A DNA stretch of 62,801 bases, the filler included, from Folioceros fuciformis (lineage: Eukaryota): the NCBI GenBank assembly GCA_049999805.1. It is 6 parts of 6 records of this genome, joined end to end, with 100 filler letters (N's around TTAATTAATTAA, not from the genome) between each part and the next. Parts side by side here need not be neighbours in the genome. Positions count along the whole stretch, not along the records: positions 1 to 14,532 come from JBNGIO010004414.1; positions 14,633 to 31,146 come from JBNGIO010004415.1; 4 more parts are not named here. One strand, written 5' to 3'. The position numbers were made by a program, and so were the translations under genes. Positions 10,977 through 22,795 of this stretch are shown here, piece by piece. The first letter of the stretch is position 1. Each line of letters starts with the position of its first letter. Under the pieces are notes generated by a model, which made no database searches, was not told where the DNA came from, and was given only the letters and a program-made list of their open reading frames with translations.

Positions 10977-12263
10977 ATGTGGCAGGGGGTGCGGAACCAG
11001 GCGGCGGTGGCGTGCTTTGAGTACGCTCGGGAAGCCGGGCTGATCCCGGGCCAGGTTGCGGACAATAAGATCAAGACGTGGGTTCCCGACACACTGAAGG
11101 CGGAGCTGGTGGCCTACGTCCTGCAATGGCACCGGGCGCTGCCGCTGCGCGGAATAATCATCGGGCAGTCCCCGACATCGTGCGACAAGGGCAGCCCAAG
11201 CACCACTGAGACGGCCCCGCATCTGGCCGCCAGCTTGGCCTTCCGGGAAGGAGTGGAGCCGCCGGCGGCGTCCGACATCCTGGTCAACGAATTTCGCCTC
11301 TGCGGGAAGGACGGGGCGGAACCTTTAGAGGCTGTGCGGGACTGCTGGAAGCTGGTGGATCACGGCGTGTTGTCGGTGCACGCGCTGCCGCTGGGCATGG
11401 AGAACCGTTTCGACTGGTCCCCAGCCACGGAGAGCGACACGGCGCAGATGCAGGCCTTGGCGCGGGTGCTGTGCCATCTCGTGTCTCTGAGCGCGGAGAT
11501 GGGACCCCGCGGGAGCACACGGGTGGTGGCCATGGGGCGATGGGCGCACGACGTGGCTTCGGAGCTACGGCGCCAGTTCACCGAGCGGCTGCAGGCCGGG
11601 CAGAGCAAGTTCTGGACGCTGGACATCCGCGGGTCCCTGTCGCATCCCATCCGCACCTGGCACAAGTTCCACTCACGCACCCCGGACCACATCACTATGG
11701 GCCGCGAGGAGGACCTGCTCGCGCTCTACGACCTCTTCGTGTCCGGGAAGCCCCAGCAGCAGGGCAGCCAGCACCTCAACGGAAACGGAGCCGGGAACGG
11801 TAACGGGCACTGGCACCCCCCCGTTCCGTCTCTCCCCGACAGGTGCTCCACTCCCGCGCCGGAGCCGAGAANNNNNNNNNNNNNNNNNNNNNNNNNNNNN
11901 NNNNNNNNNNNNNNNNNNNNNNNNNNNNNNNNNNNNNNNNNNNNNNNNNNNNNNNNNNNNNNNNNNNNNNNCGGCGGCATCGGGAGCGTGCGCTCCAGCT
12001 TCACCTTCGGCAGCTCCCCGGCGGATAGCTGCAACATAATCGGCTATGGCGGCGGCCTGATCAAGCCGCCTGAGGACTCGCACTCTCAGTCGCAACCGCA
12101 TGTCCTCAAGGAGCTCCAAATCGAGAGCAACATCAGCAACCTGGGCCTGAATGGATCCACCGGGGCCAACTCCGTGTGGCCGGAGCGCGGCCTCAAACCC
12201 AGGGTCGACCGCGCCTCGCCCGTCTTCCGAGGCGACCTGCAATCTCCAGCCCGCCACTGGTGA
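10977..12263 (+). CDS. Orphan GC-rich ORF with a divergent uracil-DNA glycosylase (UNG/UDG superfamily)-like motif order; interrupted by an assembly gap
   Basis: About 298 open codons precede the gap at 11872-11971. Motifs occur in UNG order: GIIIGQSP, ASLAF..GVEPP, DHGVLSVH, VVAMGRWA, SHP. Frame continuity across the gap cannot be verified. Confidence 0.5.
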   Translation: MWQGVRNQAAVACFEYAREAGLIPGQVADNKIKTWVPDTLKAELVAYVLQWHRALPLRGIIIGQSPTSCDKGSPSTTETAPHLAASLAFREGVEPPAASDILVNEFRLCGKDGAEPLEAVRDCWKLVDHGVLSVHALPLGMENRFDWSPATESDTAQMQALARVLCHLVSLSAEMGPRGSTRVVAMGRWAHDVASELRRQFTERLQAGQSKFWTLDIRGSLSHPIRTWHKFHSRTPDHITMGREEDLLALYDLFVSGKPQQQGSQHLNGNGAGNGNGHWHPPVPSLPDRCSTPAPEPRXXXXXXXXXXXXXXXXXXXXXXXXXXXXXXXXXXGGIGSVRSSFTFGSSPADSCNIIGYGGGLIKPPEDSHSQSQPHVLKELQIESNISNLGLNGSTGANSVWPERGLKPRVDRASPVFRGDLQSPARHW

Positions 12264-12595
12264 CAACAGCAAAACAATTAGGGTTTTGTCCCATTTAGGA
12301 GTGTGGCCTGTGTTTGGTACTGGTTCCTCGTTTCCTCAATTCCGGAGCTTGTTTCGTTCTCTGGGGGCTTCCGTCGCCTCGCTCCTTGCTTATCTTCTCC
12401 AATTGCTCATCATGTACATATGCACGTCGCATATATGTGGATCTTGTTGGACTTTTGATAAAAGAAAAAGAAATTCTTTTGCTCTTTCTATCTCAACAAA
12501 ATATAAAACTTCTATAAACAAAAACAATTTATTATTATTATTATTATCAAGATATATTAAGTCAGACTAAGGCTAGAAGACAATTAGATGGGTCA

Positions 12596-14532
12596 TTAAT
12601 TGTTATCCTTAAATCCTGAAATGCTCGTCCTTAAATTTCTCATCTTAAACAATGACTTAGCAGAATCAGATAGAGAATTATGTCTTTGTTTCTTAGCAGA
12701 TGGTCTCCTTTGATACGTAACTAAAGCTACTGCTTTAAGGTCTAGAGGAGACTTTAAAATCATGGACATTCCTTTCTGATATGTGCTCCATGCCAATAAA
12801 CTAGATCTGCGCCTAGCATTGACAGCCCTCTCTTTTATCTCGAGTTCTTGAATAACACGTCGATCATATGGAAAACGAATACTACAAAGATGTCGAACAC
12901 ATGAATTAGTTTCAAAGAGAATATGCATAACACTTTTGTGTGTTGAAGCTTCATCATGTAGTAATCAAAGCAATAACATTAAGGAGACATGGTCTACCTT
13001 CTGATTGATAAGTAGATACATGCTGGAAGCAAGAGTAAATAAAATATGAAAAACAAAAACAACCACATACAGTTCGTACTGTATAGTAGTACAAGGTTTC
13101 CTGAATAATCACCACCTACGAGATTTGGAGGCAAGGTTGGATAAAATGTGTAAAATAAACAACAAGCAAAAGCTTCAATCAACCAAACTCGAAAACCCAA
13201 CCAAGTCCAACTCTGCAAATCAAGTACGAATTGAATTAAAGGATGATCGCTTTGTAATCTTAAGCACTTGGAATAACATGCAACAATTTTAAACTTCAGG
13301 GGAAAATTATGAAATTGCCTAAACTTGTTTACCTCTGTTAAAAAGAGATATTGTAACTTTGTGATAATTTGCAAAGTAGGCACCATTACGAATGTGATGT
13401 AAATGAGTCCCCCCATTTTTCCAGTTTTGTCTACGGATCTATGCCCAAATATAGATACTATAAAAAATGGATACAACACTCCCTACAACAATCATAAAAA
13501 GTGTTAAGATGTTATATTTTTAGTATATTACACAATGGCATATTTAAGTATGTTTATGACTACGACCTCGACAAATCAGCGTTATGTTATTCATTTCATG
13601 ATCGCTGCAAAGAGAACCTGAAAAGCGCTCAGTACAATCCATCCTAGGAAAGTAACATTGGTTTGGCATTGTTGGCCCTATGTCACACCACACGAATATA
13701 TTGTTATTGGATAAACGTATGGGAAATAAACAAACTCAACATATTGATAACCTCTTTAGATCACCGCTGACCTCTTCATACATTTCTGGAAAACGTAATC
13801 TGGAAGACGCTGAGACATCTTGATCTAAGATTGATGTAAGCAGCATGGGCAGATTTCCAAATGTCATATCGTAGCTATTGTGAATCCAAATATCATCGAG
13901 TATCGATATTGAAGATCCTTTGGTTCCGTAAACGTCCCAAAGAAGTATGCATAGAGTGACAGCAAGACCTCTGAAAAAAAAAAAGTAACCTGCTATACCA
14001 AATGTGAGTTCAGATACATGGGCTACAACTATGAAGCATGAAATCTTCGTCAAAGTCACTGTACCAGCTTAAGCACTCGTTGACAACACCATGCACCATG
14101 CACCAACAGAAGGCGTTCTAAGAAATGAAATTCTCCTACCGATATGTCTGCCTCCAAATAAGCCTGTATTCATTCTTCGACGCGTAAGAAAAGTAATGCG
14201 TAAGGAAGGTAGGCGAACATTGTAGTTTGGACTACTCACTTGTTGATTTTCAATGCCCTTGATACCCACTCCTATATTCGCTTTTTGGATCATGGGAATG
14301 TCGTTCGAGCCATCTCCAATGCTAAGACAAATACATCCACTACCCTTGCGCACTAGCTCTGCGATTTCGCCCTTCTGAACAGCACTTACTCGACAACAAA
14401 ATACTGACTCGCACGCTAATGCAAGCGACAAAAATTCTTTTCTCATCTTCTTGTTTTTCATTATATATAAAAGACAACATCCATCAATAATGAGAGAATG
14501 TTGAGTTTTATTTTTATCCTTCTTAACCATTA
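12596..14532 (-). CDS. P4-type phospholipid-transporting ATPase (ALA family), C-terminal part, 5'-truncated at the scaffold end; multi-exon
   Basis: LIIDG, VFCCRVSAVQKGEIAELVR, LSIGDGSNDIPMIQKANIGVGI; the next exon reads FHFLERLLLVHG, followed by LDQDVS..RFPEMY and transmembrane exons. An intron is predicted at 14239-14164. Confidence 0.85.
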
Positions 14533-14632
14533 NNNNNNNNNNNNNNNNNNNNNNNNNNNNNNNNNNNNNNNNNNNNTTAATTAATTAANNNNNNNNNNNN
14601 NNNNNNNNNNNNNNNNNNNNNNNNNNNNNNNN
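14533..14632. other. Artificial scaffold linker N44-TTAATTAATTAA-N44
   Basis: The six-frame stop 12-mer at 14577-14588 sits within 100 nt; the same structure occurs five times in the window. Confidence 0.97.
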
Positions 14633-16816
14633 TCTGCAATTTTGTGTGCATCTATCGATCTCAATCTAGAATTTTTACAGACCAAAGAACATGTGGACCA
14701 AATGGAGTTGGTATGGCTGGTAGCCCTATTAGACTACAATGAGAAGTATGGGTTGGGGCCATCTAGAGTGAAACAACCTTTGTCCCCACACGGATAGAAG
14801 AAGGGGAGAGGGCCTTGATCCCCTAGCTCACCCCCAGTTGGAGTGATACCCCCTCCTACCCTGAGGGCTACCGAGTAGGAACAGGACCTGAGGAAGGCGT
14901 TGACCTAGTTTATCGTCCTGGAAGACCTAGTCGAGGGAGGAATCATTGATCTGAAGGCTATGAGACAAGCCATTTGGGTGTTGTTCAAGAGAGCCCGGTT
15001 GCCTCCTAATTACCAATTCTTCTCCGGAGCCACCTCAGAGGGAGGGACATAGGCAGTGCAAAGAATCATGACCTCTGTGGCTAAGGGGTTGACATGGTCC
15101 TTTGGGCAGTTGGCCGCTTGAGAGAAGGAGAACATCGCCCTTCGGAGGTAGATGTCTAAATTGGTAGGTTAGTTGACTGCCCTTAAGGGACGGGGGGCCG
15201 TCGGACTTACTTTGGAAATCCAAGATGAGTCGAATAAACTCTGGGAGGAGTGTGACTATTGCATGTAGGAGCTCGAGGAGCTTAAGAGATGGAACATAGA
15301 GAAAGGGGAGAAGGTGGGGTCTTTAGCCAAGCAGGTCGAAGAGGCACGATGGTGTGGTTCAAGTGGGAGACAGACCTATAAGAAGCATGCTCGCAACACT
15401 CAGCGGACCGAGATCATTACTAGAGGGATAGGAATCAGGTTTTGGACACGAAAAAGGAGCTCACTCAGAAAGGAGCAAAAGCAACACAACATCTAGAAGA
15501 CCTTTGGGTCAAGCTCCAAAATTCATAAGCGTTGAAGAAGACATCCCAGCATGAGGTCGGTACCTTGCGAACAGAGATAACCCTCATGTGGGAAAACCTC
15601 CAGAACCACGGCCACCTCTGGGATAACGAAAGGAACGGGCTACTGGAATGAATGCAAAAGCTCTTGTCTAAATACGGGGAGCTTCATATCAAGGTGGCAG
15701 AGTTGGAGAGTAGAAACAATGACAATAAGGTCAGACTTCTCTGAATGTAAGTGGAGGCTGTCACCACTTTACATCTCCGAGAACAAACAAGAGCTACCTC
15801 TATGACCCTAGAGGACCTTCGGAGGTACGTAGGGATCGTTACGGCACAACAGGCAGACCTACCTCAAGCGTAGTGGAGGCCAGTGTACCGGACACTTCGA
15901 AGAATGGTAGCACATGTCATTTAGCAACTTGATGACAACTTTACCTTGTACCATAACGAGGTACTTCGTGTCCTTTGGGAGTCCGCAGAAGAAGTCATGG
16001 TCGAGGAAGCTCTAGTGGTGCCCTCCTCAGGATAGCAAACTGCTTCTACTAGTTCACCAACTTAGTCCAAAGTTGACCCTCTCCTACCGCAAAAACCCTA
16101 CCTCTATCTGCTCCGCCACAAGAGGTGTCCGCTGCCTTGCCCATTGCAATTGGCGGGGAAGAATCTCCGCTTGGACTCACCTCGCCGTCAGCCATGGCCC
16201 CGCCTCCAAGCCAGCCAACTCCTGCTACCCTTGCTGCGCCGCCTTCTCACTAGGGCAGTCCAGCTAACCAGAGTCCTAGCAAAGTGGATGGTCCACTAAA
16301 CTCTTGGGGTAGACTAATGACTTTTTGCTTTAATAATGGTTATCCAAACTCTAGGTCTGACGCATGTATAAATTATGTCTTTGCAATACAAAAGGGCCTT
16401 GGATTTGTTCTCCCTAGTGCTTCCGATTACTCAGGCATCGCGTTCTTGTCTCCGGTGCTATTAACCTCTACCTACAAGCACTTTCAGAAGTAGCTAGGAT
16501 AGCTCTAGTTGAGACCTGCTCCGTGTTGGGGGCATGATCTACGCAGTCTCTTGCTTGGACATGGCACCGATCCAGCCCATGAGTGATTAAGTCTTATGAC
16601 ATTCGTGGGACAAACCTAGTGGTACTTTGCTTTCCCTACAATAACTCACAACAACACAGTTTGGGCCACGAGTTCTTTTCTCCTCACCTACCATGCTCCC
16701 CTTGCCTTCTTTCCTCCCTCATGTTTGTTTTTTCCCTTCTGCTAAGTGGCTCCTATTGGTCTCGCACTATGTGCTCCATTCCGCGGGAGGATTCAGCTCC
16801 TTTCCTCCGCTCGTAC
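14633..16816 (+). mobile_element. Probable decayed transposon/retroelement relic (stop-riddled former coding sequence)
   Basis: Coding-like, charged or coiled-coil-like segments are broken by frequent TAG/TGA codons and lack intron structure. The family is not recognised. Confidence 0.35.
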
Positions 16817-17882
16817 CNNNNNNNNNNNNNNNNNNNNNNNNNNNNNNNNNNNNNNNNNNNNNNNNNNNNNNNNNNNNNNNNNNNNNNNNNNNNNNNNNNN
16901 NNNNNNNNNNNNNNNNNACTCTGCAGACTCTCCACACATTCGACCACTCCGCCATTCTCCCACAACAGGTCCAGTCACCCATGGACCTCCCTCCTTCATA
17001 CCTCTATGTTCACTCTCTCACTCTCACCTATCGCCTCTCGCCTCTTACTCTCCCTTCTCTAGTCTTACCTTGTTGTTCGAAAAAGGACTCTACACCTTGG
17101 CAAATGCAAGGTCATCCTTGTGGTAAGCATATGGATATTCCATAACTAGGCACAAGGTTGGATAAGTTTAAATCAAATAATTTCAATCTAAATAAGCTTA
17201 TTATGTGCAACCACATTATGCACTATTATGGACTCATTAACTATATTATGATCTTCTTCTTTTTTTCTCCTCCCTCTATTATACAGGAAAAATAATTCCT
17301 TCATACAACTTCTACAATTTCACATCACTAGCCTTGCCTCAATATTGTATAAACTTTGTTTTTCTTCGTAAGTAATCAAGGTTGTAAATTGATTGATTCA
17401 CACAGGTGTTTTTTCTTCACAATTGTTGGATGGGTTGAAACTTTGTGCTTATACGAACATAGACACATACATATTGAAACATCTTGATGCTACACTTGGA
17501 TGTATACTAGGGTCTAGCTGCGAATGTGATTTAGGTCATGTGATTCAATAGGATGAAGTTGTGAGTTGTCTAACATTAGGCAACTACATGTAGCTAAAGA
17601 GCTCTTATTAGTCTATGTAAGCTATTTCCCGGACACAAAGGTTACATAGAAAACAAAGCCTCTTATGCATCTTTGTTGTTGCTGGGAAGAACTTAGGTCT
17701 TATGTTTGATACATACCTTCGTGCACAAGCCAATTGTGCCTCTTTACCACAGGTAAGGTATGGCTGCCTCATGTCTATAGTGCGGCAAGACGGATATCCA
17801 CATCGTATGGAGCTTGCATAATGCCGCGACCATGCGTTGATGCTAGTGAAAACTTATTGGCATGAACAAAAAGAAGCTTAAC

Positions 17883-18146
17883 CTTTGTAGAAAGATATTG
17901 CTCTTAAAATATGATGATGCCCTCGCTTAGGCCAGCAAGGAGATAGCCCTAGAGATTGTGTGTGTCTCCACAAGAACAGCCCTAACGGTTTGACAATCCA
18001 TGTTTGGAGGAGCTTCAGCTTTGTAGAAAGATATTGCTATTAAAATAGGGTGTTGCCCTCGCTTAGGCCAACAAGGAGATATCCCTAGAGATCATGTGTG
18101 TTTGCACAAGAATAGACCTAGTGGTTTGACAGTCCATGTTTAGAGG
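17883..18146. repeat. Diverged ~136-bp tandem duplication
   Basis: ctttgtagaaagatattgct...gccctcgcttaggcca.caaggagata.ccctagagat...gtttgaca.tccatgttt occurs at ~17883 and ~18019. Confidence 0.8.
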
Positions 18147-18179
18147 TATTTAGGTGGTACATTGTTCGTGATGGTGCCC

Positions 18180-18570
18180 ACCTCATTGTGGCCCATGCAC
18201 ACCTCACTGTGGGTAATGTAACACTATGAATGAAGGTATCTACCTCATTGTGGGTAATGTAACACTATAAATGAAGGTATCTACCTCATTTTGGGTAATG
18301 TAACACTATGAATGAAGGTATCTACCTCATTATTGGTTGTGCACACCTCATTGTGGGGTAATGTAACATTATCAATGAAGGTGCTGCCTACCTCACTATT
18401 GGTGCACCTCATTGTGNNNNNNNNNNTATCAATGAAGGTGCTGCCTACCTCACTATTGGTGCACCTCATTGTGGGGTAATGTAACAATGTAACACTATCA
18501 ATGAAGGTGCAAGCATCACTGATGGTGATGTAACACTGTGAATGACGATGCCTCTCGTTGTGGGCAATGT
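18180..18570. repeat. ~41-60 bp minisatellite array
   Basis: The unit ctacctcattgtgggtaatgtaacactatgaatgaaggtat is repeated with variants; the array includes a 10-N gap at 18417-18426. Confidence 0.85.
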
Positions 18571-20054
18571 AGCTACTTTTGGGGCAATTATGCCTTAAGA
18601 AGAATTAAAATTGTCTCACCTACTTTTGGGGCAACTATTCCTTAAGAAGAATTGGAATGGCCTCCTTCAACACATTGTGCCTGATAATGATCCACTTGGG
18701 AGAGGTATGGTTGGGGGGCCTCGAAAGGGTATGGACTTCCTTAAAGTGTACCGGTTACATATGGCCTCAACGACCTTCTGTAGGGAGTGCAAAAGCATGA
18801 TGGAGCCATTGCAAACGTATATGCAACTGTGGATGGAGTAGGCCACGCCTTGGGCATGGACATGCATATGTCTTCTCCAATCTTTGCATAAGTGTGGGCA
18901 CATCTTATGTAAGTGCAAGTCTTTTGCAAAGACCTTGTGGTTTATTCTTGTGTAAAGGCCTTATGGCTTGTTCTTATTCTTAGAGAATATGGCAATAAGA
19001 TAGTGCAGATTTGTCTCTCCCCTAGTTGTGTCTCAATCCATGGATTTCCCACATTGAATTGCATCCCAAGAGAAATCCCTTACATTCACATTCACATGAA
19101 AGCCTCTGTAATCACTTACATAAGAGGATGCTTACCACAGTCATTGAAACCTTGGTAACATAGTGAACCCTAGCCTCTCAATTGGAAAAAAAAAACCTAA
19201 AACTTTGTAGCACATGGACTTTGCTTATGTTAGAAAGGCTTGTGTAAGACGAAGGAAAGTTGCAACCATCTATGTGATAGTCATATCGGGATGCCTCTTT
19301 GGACACACAAAGTTGATGTGGTCATGTGTATGATGGCTAGAAGTTGCTTATATACGTATGCGGGAGACAACATTATTTCCTCACAGGAACAAAAACATAG
19401 GGTCATCGCAAGGGTGTGCGTAAAATTGTTTTGTAAAAAACGTAAACTTTTTCTGGGGGTTACGCCTTCACCAAGCAACCTGTTCTACAGAAGGGGTAAC
19501 AGGGTACTGACCACAAATCATATACCAGTTAGCACAGGTTCATGCTAACCTGCAAAGATACACTACCACCCTCGTCTACTGACATTCCTACAGAGACCCT
19601 CATGTACTGACATTCCTAAACAGGACCTACATCCAGAATCGCGGTCCATTCTTATTAGGCCATGACTTTCCAATGTGACTCGTGGTTAGTGGGCATTCCC
19701 ACCAAAATCACCCGACTCTCCGCGAGCTCGAGCATGAGCTCCAACCGGAGAACCCGGCTACGCAGGCTACCAAGTCACCCTTTCTGTGCATCACAGGGAG
19801 CTGTAGCAAATATCTAGACCACGACTCTCAACCAGCCCAAGATGTGGTCATCAAAAGCAATGTTTCGTGAAGCAAAAAGGAAAGTCAGGCCAGCTCTGGC
19901 AGCGTGCCAACTGCTAGAAAAGACATTCCCCTCCAGAAATCCAACTGTCAGCTATCGTTCTTCTCTAAGGGATCACGAGGAATGGCGTAAAATGAGTTAG
20001 TTGTTGTAATATACAGCAGGCAACAATTCTCACGCACGCGTCACTAGTTGTCCC

Positions 20055-21369
20055 CTACTCCTCGACCGTGGTACCGTAAACCATGGCGCAGAAGGACTCT
20101 ACTGACGGCAGGCGAGACACTAATCCTGTGTACTTGTTATCCGCCGGTTCCTCCAAGAGAGAGTTGCTCAGGCTTGCTATTGCCGGAAGTAATTTGGCCA
20201 AGGGTAGAATATTGTCTCCACAGTAGGCATACAATTCCGATGTGACTCCCTCCAAAATGGCATGGACAGCTGCTCTAAGCACTCGGCGGAACTCCTCACT
20301 GGGGAACAACACCAGAGTCAGCCATTGTCAACTGGAAAAGGGCAGGCCAACGCAATCCGAATCAAGCAAGAGCCAAGGCAATCACAATTGCCAACCTACC
20401 TTGACAAAACTCGTCTGGTTTCCTTCAACAGCTGCCTCAGCCGTGCATCATCGTCGGTGCCCTTCATGAGGGCCTCTTCTGTTAGCTGTGCTGCATCTGC
20501 AGCTAATGAAGCGGCCGCCAGATCAGCTGGTAAGTTGTCGTCCACTGGAAGCACATATTCGGTCCAGCTGTCGATGCTCTCTTCCAAGCGATTGCGAATA
20601 TCAGCAAAAAGACGATGCAAACTGCCGACATCGTGCTCATCCTTGAGGGACTTGTCTTTCATCACCGTCTCTACCACCTCTTGCACATGAGCCACCAGAC
20701 TACTCAGGCCCTTATACGGCAGATAGTCAGCAAACGCAATAAATTTGTGCTGGCAGCCGATGGAAAGTGGCGTGTGCATGTCCCCGTACTTCGAGGCCTC
20801 CAATCCACGAGCCGTGTCTGTGTAGACATGCCTTCCGAGAATGTTCAGTTGAGTTCGGATAAACAGATCCAACAGACTGACGGCCCAAAAAGCACTCACA
20901 GTCCTTGTAAAGCCTGACAGAGACACACACCAGTCAGCAACCATCGTCTGTCAGTGAAAAAACTATCCCGTGCACCCGGATCTATCTTACTTTGAATTTT
21001 CAGCTCCTGCCACAGCTGCACCTTCTCCTTGGCACTCAGAGCCATCGGATCTCCTTTCGCCTGAAGCAGCTTGTCCATCAGCCCCGTCAGATCAACCAGA
21101 GCAAACAGCCGAGACCTCAAGTGAGGCAAAATGGAGGGCAACGTAGTCGTATCCGATATCCTCTGGATGCTCTCGAAATGGCTGTGCAGCTGAGCCTCAG
21201 CCCGATCCTCGGCCTCCTTTCGCAACAAGGCAGATTGGACATCATACTCGGGGAGGGCATTCCTCCCCGGCCTTAGAGACAGGACATAGCACACACAGCA
21301 ACCGGCTCCGACCACTCCAGCTGCCACCAGGATGGCTCGCCTGTGTTTCTTCACCCATGCCCTAAACAT
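20055..21369 (-). CDS. PEX3: Peroxisome biogenesis protein 3; three exons
   Basis: Basic N-terminus plus TM (KKHRRAILVAAGVVGAG), AQLHSHFESIQRISDTTTLP, LWQELKI, IRTQLNILGRH and LPLAKLLP. Exons are 21369-20991, 20913-20400 and 20298-20055, all with GT-AG boundaries. Confidence 0.92.
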
Positions 21370-22795
21370 CGCTCCGACTGTCTGATGTCTCAGCACGTCA
21401 CATCAGGCTGGAGAAAGCGGGGAAGGTAACAGGCCAACGGAACAGAATCGAAGTCACCAATCACTACCGCTAACAATTGTTTGGGATGAATCAGCCTCAG
21501 AATCTGCTGGAACCGACAACATCGGGTGCCTCGCTAGGGCTTTTTAGGGCCACCTTGCCAAATCGGTAGGGGAATTCGCGGATTTCACTGCCGACGCCAG
21601 TGTGTCAATCAATCCTCGGGGTTATCGGGATCTTTAGTCACGGCGGCACAGATTTGCGCTCAGGTTGAGTGCACATGTATGTAGTGTCTGAAGCTGCCTG
21701 GCACACATCCAGACGCCTGCGCTGTCTCGGCAAGTTTTTGGGGGCCACGAGAACCAGACAGCCCGAGGTGGCAAGGTTACAATCTCAGTACATACAGTAC
21801 GCATGTATGCGTCTGCCTCTCTCCTCCTTGCATGCCGCTGCGCCTCCTGATCCGCCGCCCTCCGGCACAGTATGTCTGCCCTCATCTGAGCACCGGCAAA
21901 GCGTCCTCAGCCTTGCTTGCCTTGACGATTAGCATTTGGCTCCAGCTTTCTCTTGCGGCTTCTTTTCCCTACTCCAGTCTTTTCTGGCGTGAACCGCCAA
22001 TCCGGAAACGTGTCTCAAAGGGAAGATTTCTTGCGCAACAATCTTCGTTTTGTCGCTCTTCGAGTTGGTAGGTGAATCCCTTTTCAGTCCTCGCAACGGT
22101 GAGGCCCTATCTCTTGCCCCCTGTGCTACCTTCCGGTGAACCGCGATTTGTCCGAGGAAAAATTGGTGCACGGGATCTTTCCTCTACTGTCTCTGCAGCT
22201 CTCGCGGCGGTGAATTCTCCTCGTTCTATGCATCCATTTCTTGAATTGAGGTTATGCACAGCTTGGTTGCACAGAAGTTGCAGGTGCCAATGCTGGAATG
22301 ATTAGGGTGGACCTCGCACTCTGCTGAAGATACGATTTTCCGTATGTCTGTTTGCTATCCATAGCTTTAGTCATTCAGACGTCGTGGGAGACATCGATCT
22401 GAAGGGGTCGACTTCGGATTCATGTCTGATTCTGTGATCCGAGAGCCACCTTGAGCACGTCCCGGAATGGATTTGTGAGTCTCTGCCATGATGGTTGGAG
22501 ACAGTTGAGCGCGCGAGTTATCACCCCTTACTGTTTGAAGAGTTACATGCTGGTAATCCAAACACATCCCAGTTGATTTTTTCTCATCCAAACCGTCCTA
22601 GATCGGTCGAGGATGCCTTGGAGCACAGGACAGTAGTCCCTGTCGGGGCTCCCCCACCAGCTTGGACACAGGCACGGCATAGAATCTGGGTACGGTCGAC
22701 TTGTCCGCCGACATTGTACTTACCAGACAGCCTTCCATATCAATAGGGTGACACTACGTTTTCTCCTGCAGTTGACCTGGTAGGAACTTGGAACC

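Noticed and set aside
10640-10980. Cryptic DYW or DYW:KP deaminase downstream of the PG box
   Set aside because: No HSE/HAE, CxxC or DYW/GRP-type terminus is visible in the downstream frames; the protein is E+.
11872-12263. The 428-aa length and C-terminal tail of the UNG-like ORF
   Set aside because: The ORF crosses a 100-N gap of unknown true size, so frame and linkage cannot be confirmed. The same applies to all X-containing ORFs.
14577-14588. TTAATTAATTAA palindrome as a biological element
   Set aside because: It is always centred in exactly 44+44 Ns, so it is an assembly linker.
18180-18570. CRISPR-like appearance of short repeat arrays (also 29041-29230, 43420-44090 and 47931-48146)
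   Set aside because: The units are contiguous tandem copies with no unique spacers, there are no cas genes and the context is eukaryotic.
17400-18960. Possible transposase relics (HRMELA at ~17800; CKCKSF at ~18910)
   Set aside because: The motifs are too short and no TIR or TSD was found, so no family call is supportable.
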